A stretch of 64,000 nt of DNA from Perkinsus chesapeaki ATCC PRA-425 (taxonomy: Eukaryota > Protista > Perkinsozoa). The position numbers and the translations under genes are program-made. Within the stretch, counting starts at the first letter, position 1. Every line of letters starts with the position of its first letter. The stretch covers positions 1 to 64,000 of the forward strand of contig JAAPAO010000101.1 in NCBI GenBank assembly GCA_013115145.1, read 5' to 3'. Under the pieces are notes generated by a model. That model made no database searches. It had not been told where the DNA came from and saw nothing but the letters and a program-made list of their open reading frames with translations. Positions 10,685-22,740 of this stretch are shown one piece after another.

Positions 10685-13336
10685 AACAGTTTGCACCACA
10701 TTCTGCCCAGGCGGTGGAGTATCGGTGAAATCAAACCTCCATACAAGGTACACCTTCGATCGATTGTACTTCCTATTTCCCCGCTCTCTTTTTATCTATA
10801 AGCAATAACTCAAAGAGGAAGGAGATACATGGAGTGTTCCACTATTGGCATACTATTTCGAATACATATCTTCAAGCTCTATCACTCGACACTACGGGTC
10901 AGCTTATAGAGGCTACGCCCCAAACCCTACTGGACCACTTGTTTGATACTAGTAGTGCCATGGTGTATCTAGCTCGTCGCCTCCTGTGTCTCGACACACA
11001 TCCCTTGCAGTTACTGCAATTACTTTACTATAACTACCACGAGCTACCTTACCAGCTTTCCACTGTATATTATGGCATCACCAAGATCATAGGATACTGT
11101 AGTGTTGCCATCCGGTCCACTTCTATTGAGGACGCCTTTGAACACATTCATGGTTCGAGTCCACCACCAATCTTCACTGAAATACTTCCATACTCTTCAA
11201 AACAGCCCCGAAGGAACAACTTACGCGTTCTTCCCTGCTACATGATGCGACGCTGGCAGAACCTGAGAAATCACGTCCATCTCAAGTAGTAAGGAATTCC
11301 TTCCAATTCGTTCTCTATATTCTCACACCCACAGCTTCACACCTCAACGCTTCGCACGCCTTCCGACGAGAACCATGAGCGTGCGCCGCCCAAGTTAGGC
11401 AACAAATCAAATTTCGGTGATAAAATTTGGGCATCATCGAACTGTCCACCAATAACTCACCACCAATGGGCCGAGCATCTCATCATCCAGTGTAAGAGGA
11501 ACCACAACCGTCAATCCTCCAGCGCCGTTATCCAAATGCCAAAGCTGCCCTTGGGCGACTGGATTCGCCACAACCATTTGCATCTGATAATATCAACTTA
11601 ACAATACGTCGAAGAGGCAATCGAAGCCTCTACATCCGATATGTACATCCTCGGTGCCACTGATGGTATCATGTCCGGACCCGAGCCTATTAAATTCGAT
11701 GATAGGTACGAGTTACTATACTTCCTCACCATCATCCTTAATGCTCGGTGCCTCCTCCGGCACTATATCCTTCAATGGTGTCCTTGTGTCCTTCGGGGCC
11801 TCACTACCCCTGGCTAGAAGTGTATCCTGATAACCCATATTACAGAGGTTCCCTGTGTACCAACGCGAAAGAGGGTATTATTGAATAATGTGAGGAGGGG
11901 GATCAAACTTAATTATTGATAAAGAGTAAAGATACGATTCAGTTCTTTACCAATTTCACTTTGTTCATTCCATTAGAGGATTATTTTTAAACACCCAAAC
12001 CTCGAGTGGATTCGACTGCGGAACTCACAGGGACGATAATTCCTCATACCACTCCCTCCCCTATTCGTCGAACTTCCCATGATACCTCCCCTGTGATAAC
12101 CTACATTTCTCTCTGCCTCCATATAACGATACACCAATGGCATTATCCCTCTCAACATCCTATGGGCAAGTGCTTCATACTGTGATCGTCTTATTAAATA
12201 ATGTCTGATGGAATATTATACAAATCCGTCTTCATCATCACATCTACTCACTACCAACTAACCAGAATTCCAAGTTCAAGCGAATCCCCGCCAAAAAGTG
12301 CATTTCGCCACCACCATCTTGACCACTGTGGTGTGGTAATGACCATTCTACCTCCTGCCATTGGCCGAGTCAATGACAAAGCACTCCTCATCCCCCTCCT
12401 CAACATCCTCCGTATCAACCTCTTGTGTTGTCATCTCTTCCCATTCCTCACCTATAAACTCATACCGACTTTTCCAAAAATAAACCATCAAAGGTACCTC
12501 GCTGATATACTTTGGGGCATTTAACATAAAGTATATCTCGGACTGATTTAATCATATCCATATCGACCAAATGTGACACCTACAAAAATGTATACGTGAA
12601 TCGCTTCGCTCCGCCTACTCTAATAAATCCATCTTCCCTCAACAAGTCTAATGCTTTGTGCTCTTGATAAGCATCCAGCGTTCGTGTACTTTCCGGTACT
12701 GGTTGTGTTAATATGTTCGGCACTGGCGATCCAACATCATAACCGTACCTTTTCAATACAATTTCATTATCGGCATGAAATGGCGACAATAAAATAGTTT
12801 ATAAAAATAATAGCACTTATAAATAATCCTAATATTCACTACACCCACCTGCTTCATGAAGACATCACTCATTTGCAGTGTATCAAACCATCATTGGTGG
12901 TACGCTAATCATGTATTATCAAACTCACCAGTTCGAAGAATGGTAAGGACAACTCATATGAAGATATGAACATATCACATGGATGAAAATTGTGTAAAAT
13001 AATAAAGCCGTATTTTCACAACCCCTCCCTCCTGCCCTCCTACATAACACTTCCATCAATGCTCCTCGGCACCCTTCTGAAAATAGGATCGAATACTCTA
13101 TTCTCCGACCATCTCCGCACCAATAGATCATATATCTCAATCCTTAACCGTTGCAATGTCTCGCCTGACTCATCCATTACTCCATTATTATTATTACTAT
13201 TATTACTGATGCCTTCCCCTCGCGATTCCTTCTTTAATTTATCCCATCGAATTGCCGACAGCAGAGGAAACTCGCTGACTGCTGCTCGATTAAGAACTCT
13301 TTCTGCAAGGCTGAGAGCTGAAGACCAGAGGACCAC
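10685..13336 (-). CDS. Multi-exon PhyH-like Fe(II)/2-oxoglutarate dioxygenase-fold protein (outer exons approximate; may start near 13760)
   Basis: Phase-consistent GT-AG exons 11583-11461 (AQGQLWHLD...GPLV), 11262-11225 (VLPASHH), 11176-11053 (...DLGDAIIYSGKL) and 10795-10685 (IKRERGN...VYLVWRFD). An upstream exon reads LDLLREDGFIRV. These match the PhyH motifs xDGF, QxWHxD, GPxxxxPGSH and GDxxxF. Confidence 0.7.
10878..10955 (+). other. 78-nt copy of 5091-5168 lying antisense inside an intron of the PhyH-like gene
   Basis: Ungapped alignment with 70/78 identical nucleotides (LSLDTTGQ..E...QTLL.HLFDTSS); falls inside intron 11052-10796 (minus strand). Confidence 0.8.
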
Positions 13337-13800
13337 GGTGCAGAAATAAGACCGATGGAGGATGAAAAAGATCCTAGTGCGGAGATATGACTTTGTAGAT
13401 TAGTGGTGGACGTGCTCGTAGCCATAAAAAGATCTACGGTTCGGGAGAAGCTGTAATACTTCTTTGGCAGGGAAACGCTTCCCATTTCTATCGGAACGTC
13501 CTTTTCTGAGCCTTACCAAGTTCGACTTCTAGCCAAACGTATGCTCTCTAGATGCAAGTTAATAGTATCATAGTCTATCATAGTGTATAATCCTTCCAAG
13601 CCCTTAACGTACCTGGACCTGATTCCTCCTCTCCTCGAGATACTATAGCGTTAGCGACCATATGTAGCACCTGATTTGAAGGAAATATGGTATGATTATT
13701 TCAACACAATACCCGTTCTGTCTTCATCATTTGAGCTTCACAGCCTCCACACACCATATTGGCCCTTCGTATTCGAGTAAGCAAATCATGCGGACTAAAA

Positions 13801-13875
13801 CGACATGTGCCGGGATCGAACCCGCGTACCCCAATTACTCTGCCTTATATGGATTAACTACCGCTAAGGAGCTCC
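13801..13875 (-). pseudogene. Degenerate tRNA-like / Pol III B-box element
   Basis: Minus strand has GCGGGTTCGATCCCGGC (T-arm-like, 4/5 pairs), an upstream TAGCGGTAG A-box-like run and a 3' TTTT, but no acceptor stem. Confidence 0.3.
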
Positions 13876-14029
13876 ATACTGTCCGATATGAAGGCAGGTG
13901 GCTCCTATTCAACGGGGTCTTCGCCTCGAGAGCTAAGGTCAACTAAAGATTCCTAGGCTTCAGCTTCCCACTGTGAGATTCCATGAAGGTCGGTTGGATG
14001 CCTTCCCCTCGAAGGTCAGTTCGACTCTT

Positions 14030-16980
14030 CTTGTGAACTGCTAATGCCGAGACACCTGTTGCCGCCAAGGCCTAGGATCAAACAAAGGAGCGGTAAGCTC
14101 GCGGCCAGGATAGACGAATTCAACACTTTCCTTCCATTAGTAACATAGTTGCCATCATTCTTTCTACTACATGAATTATTAATTCGTGATGAGCATCCAT
14201 TCACAGATCAATCTCTGCCTACACTTATTTATTATAATAGGCCAGAAATATATTACCAGTAAACTGATAACGGTAATATTTAATACGTATATTGCTAGTA
14301 TTATTAAATACATTCAAGTACTAAATTAGTAATAGTAAATTAGTATTAATTTTACTAGTGTGAGTGTTATTAAACCTATAACATTACTAATACTTATTCT
14401 TATTACCACAACTGCCACTCCTGCTATCTTGACTCTAGTCTGCCAAGTTAGCAGATCCTTTTTGGTCATCTTTAACTTACCATGGCTGAAGTTGATAACC
14501 TTGAAAGGATTCTTCAGCTCCATTTTAGAAACTGGTCAGACGCTTATTAATTAAACTTGAATAACACAATACCATCAGCAATTGCAGCAGTAATAAAGGT
14601 AATTATCATCACCAACATGCAAAAGCATGACCGCGCGCCACTAAATACTAACCTGGCAGAATTGTTCTTCCTTCAACAAGGTGCCGAGTATCGGCCTCCA
14701 ACATCTCCTATCCTCCCTTTCCAAAGTACCTCCTCAATATCTAGCCCTTGCGCTGCTGCATAATACCTGTGTGAGTAGACACGTAGATGCAACAATTATA
14801 TGTAGAAATGATATATCCGATACTACCCGCTCAATCGAAGATACAACCATTCCGCCATTGATAAGGTTAATAGAGGGAAAGATACTAATAAGGTCAGAAT
14901 GACCGCAAGTGCTGTTGGTACTGATATATGATTCAGAATCTGACGGACAAATATAGGGTTCCGTCAACCTGACCGTACAGTCTCGCGAGAGTCCATCGAC
15001 TTCGTCAAATCGAAAGCGCATGATACAACCAAAGCAATAAGGATTAGATCACCGGCAATAACCAGGGAAGATCTAAAAGCAAATCGTCACGCGCCACATA
15101 ATTCAGCCTTGCCTCAAAATGACTTTCTTCTGACTTGGAGAGAGCTCCAGCGGCGGCGCATTATCGTCGTTTGTAATCATCGCCGGATCTAGCCGCCCGG
15201 AAATGCAGTAGGAATTTAACCCGTGAGCAGCTCTCACTTTGCAAGTGTATTTTATACGATGCCTCTACAGTGTTGAATGTCAAAAGGCAAATAATAGGGG
15301 AAGATGCCAGCAACCTGAAGAAACTATTGCGACCAGAGCAACACTTTAACACTGTCGTTTCTTATTAATCTTGCTTTAAAATCACGTATAGATATAAGTT
15401 GCCGATTCAGCAACTTATATTATTTATTATACTCAGCAATGCTGAATTTCAAGATCGGTTCTAGGTAATATACACTAGAAACACTCTTGGGTCGAGATTG
15501 AGATTGGGCTCACCATTGTAAAGTAGACGACGATGATGACGGGTTATGGGCAGCATCCAACTGAATAGTAATGGTTATTGCAGATAATAAGAATAGCATC
15601 TGAGCCTTTATGAGAGGAGAGTTAACGGAAATACGGTATGACCTTTTTAGTGATGTTTTTAAGCTTGCAGCATATATGAGTGTCGGTGTGGGTATGCGTA
15701 TGGCCCTCTATTAACAGGATATCTTTAAGGATGAGTAAGCTCAATAAAATAAACCTGACAGCGAGCATAAACAATACTCATTACTAAGGAAAACACTCCA
15801 TGGAAGACAAACACTATGTAGGTAATCAGCATGCATGGTCAAGCAGGTGATTTCTAAAGTATCTTTCGAGGGTGAAGCTAAGATACTTTCATTACCGACA
15901 CGAAACTACAACTAACTCAAGCGCCAAAAGGCTCAGAGCCCTGGTTCGCGGTTTAATTCTCCACCATTTGGCGATATACCTCCCTTTCCCTATTACATTG
16001 GCGCATTGGTTTGCTTCCATCTGATACTGTGGTCTGCTGGTAGCTGGATGATAATTAGCATTACCCATATAAGTAATAGAATCGATGATATTAGAAACTG
16101 AGCAAGCAATACTCTTCAGTATTCTACACCAACTTTTACACCGATATTATGTATAACCATACGGGCCAAGTTGAGGCATCCTAATGTGAGCCACCAGTAT
16201 CTGAAATGTTATACACATCCTCGTATCATTATACTGTTGACTAGTCCGCACCGTATAGGCATAAATACCAGTGGCGACTATATCCAAAATATACAGCACA
16301 AATGGCAATATGCATTTAGTCGCCGTGAAGCAGCAATAATAAACATCTTTGGTGACTAGAATCCTTGACTGTGAAATAGTTCGATATTATTAAAATTATA
16401 TCTATGATTATATTCAGATTCATTAACTTATCTACTTCTTAAACGCCTCATTGAGTTGAATGTTGATTTAGTGCTTTGTGCGTCGTCGTCTCCCTCGACA
16501 CTTACATTCCTATACTAACTATTACCAAGGCTGATGCTAGAGTCTCAGCTGGGATGGTTATAATGAGGGATAATGGCACACCTTACAAATGATAGGTAAT
16601 CTACAAAGATACTTTCAAGTCTCACCATGAATTGCACGGGTTAAGCTAAGATACCCAATCAAGACTAATGATACTCCTTGTACCTAAAGTCAACTTCAAG
16701 AACAGCGTGGGTGCCTTACCTACATAAATGAAAGCTGCTATAAGCCAAACCCAGAGACGATGATTAGCTGTTCGCCAGAGACTTCCAAGTTGACTAAGCT
16801 TATCCTAATGAAGGCTTATGCTAAATAAACGAGGGGTATCTTACAGTTGGGTCAGAAGGGAAATCTGGTATGTATATTCGACGAGCAGGAGGGTTGGATT
16901 TTAGGTACTTTGAGGAAGGCACTATTGATAAGTAGAAAGAGGCCTATAGAGCGACGCAATATGAAGCTCATTCTGAGTGT
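14030..16980 (-). CDS. Multi-exon polytopic membrane protein of unknown family
   Basis: Signal-like MSFILRRSIGLFLLINSAFLK followed by many short GT-AG-bounded hydrophobic exons (e.g. LWVWLIAAFIY, CILPFVLYILDIVAT, FCMLVMIITFITAAIADGIVLF, LAASLPLLCLILGLG). The full splice chain was not resolved. Confidence 0.45.
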
Positions 16981-17181
16981 AGATACTGTAAACGGCCGCA
17001 ACGGCAAATGCTGACTGACTGCTACATTGTCGCGTTGAGGAATTGTAAGAGTAGTCAAGAATGCAAGATTCGAAACTAAAATCATCAAGGTAGTTTAGTT
17101 ATCTCTGTGAGTGTAGGACTGTAAGAGAATTAGAGGATCACTGATTTCTTCTCAACTCTGTAACTAATAGGTCCGCGTAGG

Positions 17182-17450
17182 TTGGCGGCCATTCTAGTGA
17201 GCTACNNNNNNNNNNNNNNNNNNNNNNNNNNNNNNNNNNNNNNNNNNNNNNNNNNNNNNNNNNNNNNNNNNNNNNNNNNNNNNNNNNNNNNNNNNNNNNN
17301 NNNNCCTGTTAAGGGCTGCGTTGGCGGCCATTCTAGTGAGCTACCTGTTAAGGGCTGCGTTGGCGGCCATTCTAGTGAGCTACCTGTTAAGGGCTGCGTT
17401 GGCGGCCATTCTAGTGAGCTACCTGTTAAGGGCTGCGTTGGCCACCATTC
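17182..17450. repeat. 39-bp tandem minisatellite TTGGCGGCCATTCTAGTGAGCTACCTGTTAAGGGCTGCG, interrupted by an assembly gap
   Basis: Identical units start at 17321, 17360 and 17399; partial units flank the N run from 17182; a diverged unit starts at 17438. Confidence 0.95.
17206..17304. other. Assembly gap (99 N)
   Basis: Run of N inside the minisatellite; the true copy number is unknown. Confidence 0.99.
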
Positions 17451-19122
17451 GACATGGCATATATCTTGGGGCTAGACGGGCTGCTTACTGTAGGCAAAGG
17501 CTTAGCAATCTGGTGATGTTGGGAAGTTATATGACATTATGAAAGATCTGTAAAGTATACTCACTGAATTGGTTCGGCTAACAAACTGCTTTATGATGAA
17601 TTAGCTATGCAACTGATAATTAGGCTTGAAGAAATTGTTAAAGGTTGAGTTTTAGTGTTGGATTAATTGGAGGATATTTTTAGGTTGAAGCTCGAAAGAT
17701 TCTATCTAGGTTGGTAGTACGTCATCCGAAGTATTTTGTAAAATATGTCTGTATCATCCAATAACGATGAGCTTCGGGCAGCCTTAAATCGTCGCTTAGC
17801 AAAGCGAGCTCATAAAGTAGTACCACTCAGTCCAGCAGGAACTTATTATCGATTCAGGATGCTACTAAACCACCACAGCAGCATAGGTCCATATTTGGGA
17901 ATGATGATGGTAAGGGAGCGGTATGAATACTACTATTATTAGTCATATTGTTATTAGGGATGAGCTCAGTCAACAGCACTAAATCTGAGGTAAGTTATTT
18001 ATAATAGTTAACATTTAAAATGTTGGAAGATCAACACTGGGGTCGATCAATGAACCTATGTGCAAATTCAGAATCGATTCCACAATTACTCTTCGCACGT
18101 TGCTGCAATCGATTGTGAATCTATCCTCAATGGATCTAATGAACAGGGGGACTGCTCGATTAGGCTATGGGGGTTAGGACGGCGGGATTAAGCGAACTAA
18201 TGGACCATATATCTTCCTTTTTATGAACTAGTCGCATCATTGTTTTTTCAGAGTCGACCATCATCGCAGCCCCCTAATAGATCTATTGATAAGAGTAAGT
18301 ATCTCGTTGAATTCATGAGGCTATATTATTTATCTAGGAGCTTCAAGCCCGCCAACAGCTGGCATGTTTAATACTTCGGAAAGGAAAGGCAGCAGCACTT
18401 TGGCGCCTGCTAATGGTAGGGAGCTAGTCAACTCTGAGGTTCTCATTGTGAAATGATGCCGAAGTATTGGTCGGTCGAAGAGAAGTAAAGGAATGGTAAC
18501 GCTTAGCAACATGCTCGCCGCGTAATAGTCCAGTATTAGAAGATACCCAAGCTAGGTTGATAAATGGAGAGTGGACAACTCGTTGACTAAATAGAGAAAT
18601 ATATATATTATTGTTGAAGTCATATGCATAAATAGTGCGTCAATAGGCGGTGTTAGTGTGCCGATTTGAGAACCAGTCAAACCGGGCTTGGATATATCAT
18701 CGGGACTGTTGGTGTTGTGCGTCAGAGGCAAAGCGTTCCTCTACTCCAGCTGGTCTACGATGGTTTAGTAAAGGATCACATGACCAAGCTCAAGAGGAGG
18801 AGCAAGGGGAGCTCAGCAAGCCTAGGACCAGTAGTGTAACGGAACAGGTAGTAAAAGTGGGGACTGGGGGGAGGGGGAAGGGGGAAATGGATAATACAGA
18901 CCTAGGCGAAAAGGGGTGTATAAGGGGCATTATTGGGAAATAATTGTGGAAAGCTATAATGGGGGATTTGGAGTTTGTGAAGTGATTGAGAGAAATGAAG
19001 TATGGTTGTGTATGTGTTATAGTAGTGCTAGGGGTCTAGTGAGCCATTGTGTAGAGTAAGGCTGTCGGGGATAGTCCGGAGTCTGTTGTTAGGACGGCTC
19101 CTATCCTAGCATGTTAATAAAT

Positions 19123-22100
19123 CGTTATCATCCCTTGCAATCTCTTCAGGGCAGCGTTCTTTCTGTATTACCTAAGAGTGGTTCCCATAGGCAATCAGCT
19201 GACTCTTCTGATTCCACTCAACCTCCTCCAGCGGAGGAGGCACGTCCCAGGCAGTTGCCGCGCACTTCATCCGTACTAGTCGCGAGTCTCGAGGCCTTCG
19301 ATTGGGCAGGTTAATTGATAGTTGTTGAATTTCAGACCAAAACTCGGAGTGCAGTTGATGCAGTAGTTGGCGGAAATGTGGTAGGAATTAGTGCATAGTA
19401 GAAATGGGAAGTGGATTGATTAGGCTGGTGCGGCGAACGGTGATGAGGATGGGGATGCTAGGACGGCTAAGGCATCGATTGCCGGGGTTCATATGGAAGG
19501 GTATCTTTCAAAGCTTAGCTCCGGAACAGTAAAGAGATGGCAGAAAAGGTGGGAGGTTCAAGCGAGGTTTTCATGTCGAAAAAGATACGCAGGTATTTCA
19601 TACTGGAAGGCGGATATTTGGGGTATTTGAAAGCACCTGGCCCAGCGGACTTAGCGAAGAAAACGTTCGATCTGTCCAAGGCGAGGTTGGTGAAATATAT
19701 GCTACTCACACACTATTAACCGGTTTTAGTAATGTCGAGAAGGCGGAATCTGACGACCCTAATAGCGCCGATTTTAACCTTATTTATAGTAAGCTTTAGT
19801 ACAGGGACGGACAAAAAGGGAATGGTTACGTTCCAGATGAGAATGTTTACAATATGAGGGCACCGTCGGTGGGGGAGATGAGGAAATGGATGAACTCTAT
19901 ACAAATAGTTATTGCTGCCACGTAATAATGTGGCGCGCGGTCATGGCAGGTGATAAGTGGATGGCAGATATAATGGAGGACGAGGAGGGATGGAAGGGGC
20001 ATCGGAGGTTGATAGGATGTCTGATTCGGCGCCGAGTAGTAGGGTGGGGAGGAGGGGGCTGGTATAGGAAGGAAGTGAGCTGATTAGGAAGGTATCTTGA
20101 TAGAGAATAATAACAAAGGCGTCAGATGTTACCGAAGATATTATTCACGTAGCTTGGAGATTCATCGTATTGCCGATGACGAGATGTGGCTAGATGCGTG
20201 TTCTAGGTCGTAGTAGTGCTTGTTAGCCAGTTTGGAAGCGTAAATACAGAAATGCTCACAGAGGAGGAACTCTCACGGCTTGTGCGGTTCTTCGATGTTG
20301 AGGTGGACTTCCTTTTGGGTGGCTAGTAGTTAGTTAATGCTTTATAATGTCCTGTATTAGGTCTTGGGGGATCATCAGCATCTGTCGGGCGTATGAATTC
20401 AGTTAGCTCTCCGAAGCCTGTGACCAGTAGTAATATGCCATCTACTATATGGGAGGTAATAGGGAGGGAGGAAGTGGGCGCTTATTATTGGTTGTTATTA
20501 GTTTGATACGGAGAGATTGGATAGGATGTTTGAAGAGGAATGGTTTGATGTTGTTGAGGAGCTGAAGGATGGTAAATGCGATAAGGATGAAATGGGTAAG
20601 TTATGCGGGGAGACGGTATTGATGAATTCGGGTTTTGAAAACCCGAAACCCGGATAAGACTTGGTGTGAGGATATTATCATAGCTGAGAGTGATCATCAT
20701 GAACCAATATAATTGTATGGCCCTCAATAGTTGATACAAAGTGCCTCGATGCAGTAGTATATTAATAAGTATTAATAATATTAAATATCATTCACTTCAT
20801 CATTTATTACAATCAATTCATATTATTAATGATTATATCGACTATTATTAATAGTTAGCAGCATGGTCATATCTTCCTCCTCCTACTACTGTGTGCGCGT
20901 CTTCCTTACCTATACATAACTAATTGATATGACAAAAGGATTTAAGATATTAGTTTTCCTTTTATTAACTTAATAGCCCTTCATAAGTCTCTAAATTGGC
21001 TTATTTATTGTAGCGGTATCAACAAGTAAGATGATAGATGGTGTGACAAGATGTGGTGGTGATCTATATGCTACCCTGGCCAAGATGGATACCAATGCTT
21101 ATGTAGTAGTGGAGGGGGGATGGGTTAATAGTACGCTGCCGTTCTACCGTTTATATCTCCTTTTATTGGGTGTCTAGGGAAAGGGTGGTGTGTGGGGAAG
21201 TTGATATAAGGATGCTTCGATGTCTCGTTTTACCGTCTTCCTGCTGGGGCTTGGGATTTATACTTTGCCGTCTTGAGAGTAATAAATGATAGTAAATATG
21301 TTTGACTTGTATATCACCATATACTCTTCGATTGGTAAAGGGGGTGAGTAGTTGCCGAATCGAGCCGGAGGGTGGATTTTACGGACGTTTAAGAATAGTC
21401 GGCGAAAGATCATTGATGATAGTGAATTCGGGAATGGTGTTGTAGTTGAGCTGTATCGGAAGTAAGATGTATTATTATCGGTGATGTTCAGACTACCATA
21501 AATTATGACGATGCTCATATTGCCATAGAGAATAGGATAAAGAGCTCATCAGAGGCCAAAGATCAATGCTTATCAATAGTACAGGAATATATGCAAAGAT
21601 TGGCTGGATATATTAATAAGTAATGAGAGGCAGGAGAGGGGAGGGGGGGGGGTCGGTTGAAAATCCGGGTTTCGAAAACCCAAAACCCGAGTTAGAGAGA
21701 GGATATTGACATGGTGAATGGTAATCATTGATTGATATAGTTGTAGGAGCCTTTAGAGGGTGCAGCAATAACTCATACCAATCCTTATATCTTGTTACTT
21801 TTTGTTGCTATCATTAGTATTGTTTTCTATGCAGTAGATGGAAAATATAAAAGTAATAATAATAATAATAGATACTGATAATTCAGTTTAGTGGTTTACC
21901 ATTATGTACATAGTAGTTTAAAATGTATAGTGCTGCTGCTGCTTATGACGATAAATGATATGTTATAAGATCCCAGAGCTTGGTCCAGTCGTACGGATAA
22001 GTGATAGGAAAAATGTTCTAATTGACGATAGACAATAGACCGTCCGATAGGAGATATAATTGTAGAGCGAAACATGAACTGGATTTCTTATGTTTACAAC

Positions 22101-22740
22101 GCTTGATTCTCTGGCTGTGACTCCATGGTGGGGGCACGAGGTTAATCTTTGGCAGGTGGTTGGATATCCGAGCTCAATGGAAGATGCATGAGAGCCATGG
22201 GGAGTCATCAGGTCTATTCAGTAGTAAAAGCAAAGGTCCTATAAAGGTAATATGCAGTACTATTATTATCGTAGTTGGCAACCTTGTGCTTTAGCCCATG
22301 GCTGCTCCGGTGTTATCGTCGGACTTCCCGGCCCTGCTGGAGGCGGTTGCACGGTTACGGTCTGAAATTGACAAGTTGTTTTCGATGGACGAGGCAAATT
22401 CCAAGGTAAGTTTCACGGCTGGAAAAATTGTTTTTTTCCGAGATTTTTCGTCGGAAATCTAACAGGTTAAATGTACTTGTGCGATTGTTCCTGATCCTAA
22501 GGTCACACCACCTGACGGCAAACGGGACAGCGTATCTTTGCGCACTCGGAAGAAAGCAGAATGTCCTGTCCATAACGGGTAAGTGTCCACTGCGTTGGTG
22601 GTGTTGAATTGATATGCATCATATCAGGCCATATCAGGAATGGCGGCGGCAGTTGGAGGCAGTTCTACAAAGGCTAGGATCGGAGCTTGAGGTAACCGGG
22701 GAACGGGTTGGAGAAGGAGGTTGCATTGGCTGTAGTGATA
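19123..22740 (+). CDS. Multi-exon pleckstrin-homology (PH) domain protein; boundaries approximate
   Basis: Splicing out intron 19549-19592 gives MEGYLSKLSSGTVKRWQKRYFILEGGYLGYLK, a classic PH N-terminus. A downstream exon RAPSVGEMRKWMNSIQ matches the PH C-terminal helix. Further GT-AG-bounded exons follow. Confidence 0.7.
20629..20730. repeat. Dispersed repeat copy 1, beginning with the palindrome CGGGTTTTGAAAACCCG
   Basis: A similar segment occurs at 21666-21760 (CGGGTTTCGAAAACCCAAAACCCG...GAGGATATT...ATCAT...TATA.TTGTA). Confidence 0.55.
21666..21760. repeat. Dispersed repeat copy 2
   Basis: Diverged copy of 20629-20730, recognised by eye. Confidence 0.55.

Noticed and set aside
17182-17450. 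Possible CRISPR array
   Set aside because: Units are head-to-tail identical with no unique spacers, there are no cas genes, and the context is eukaryotic.
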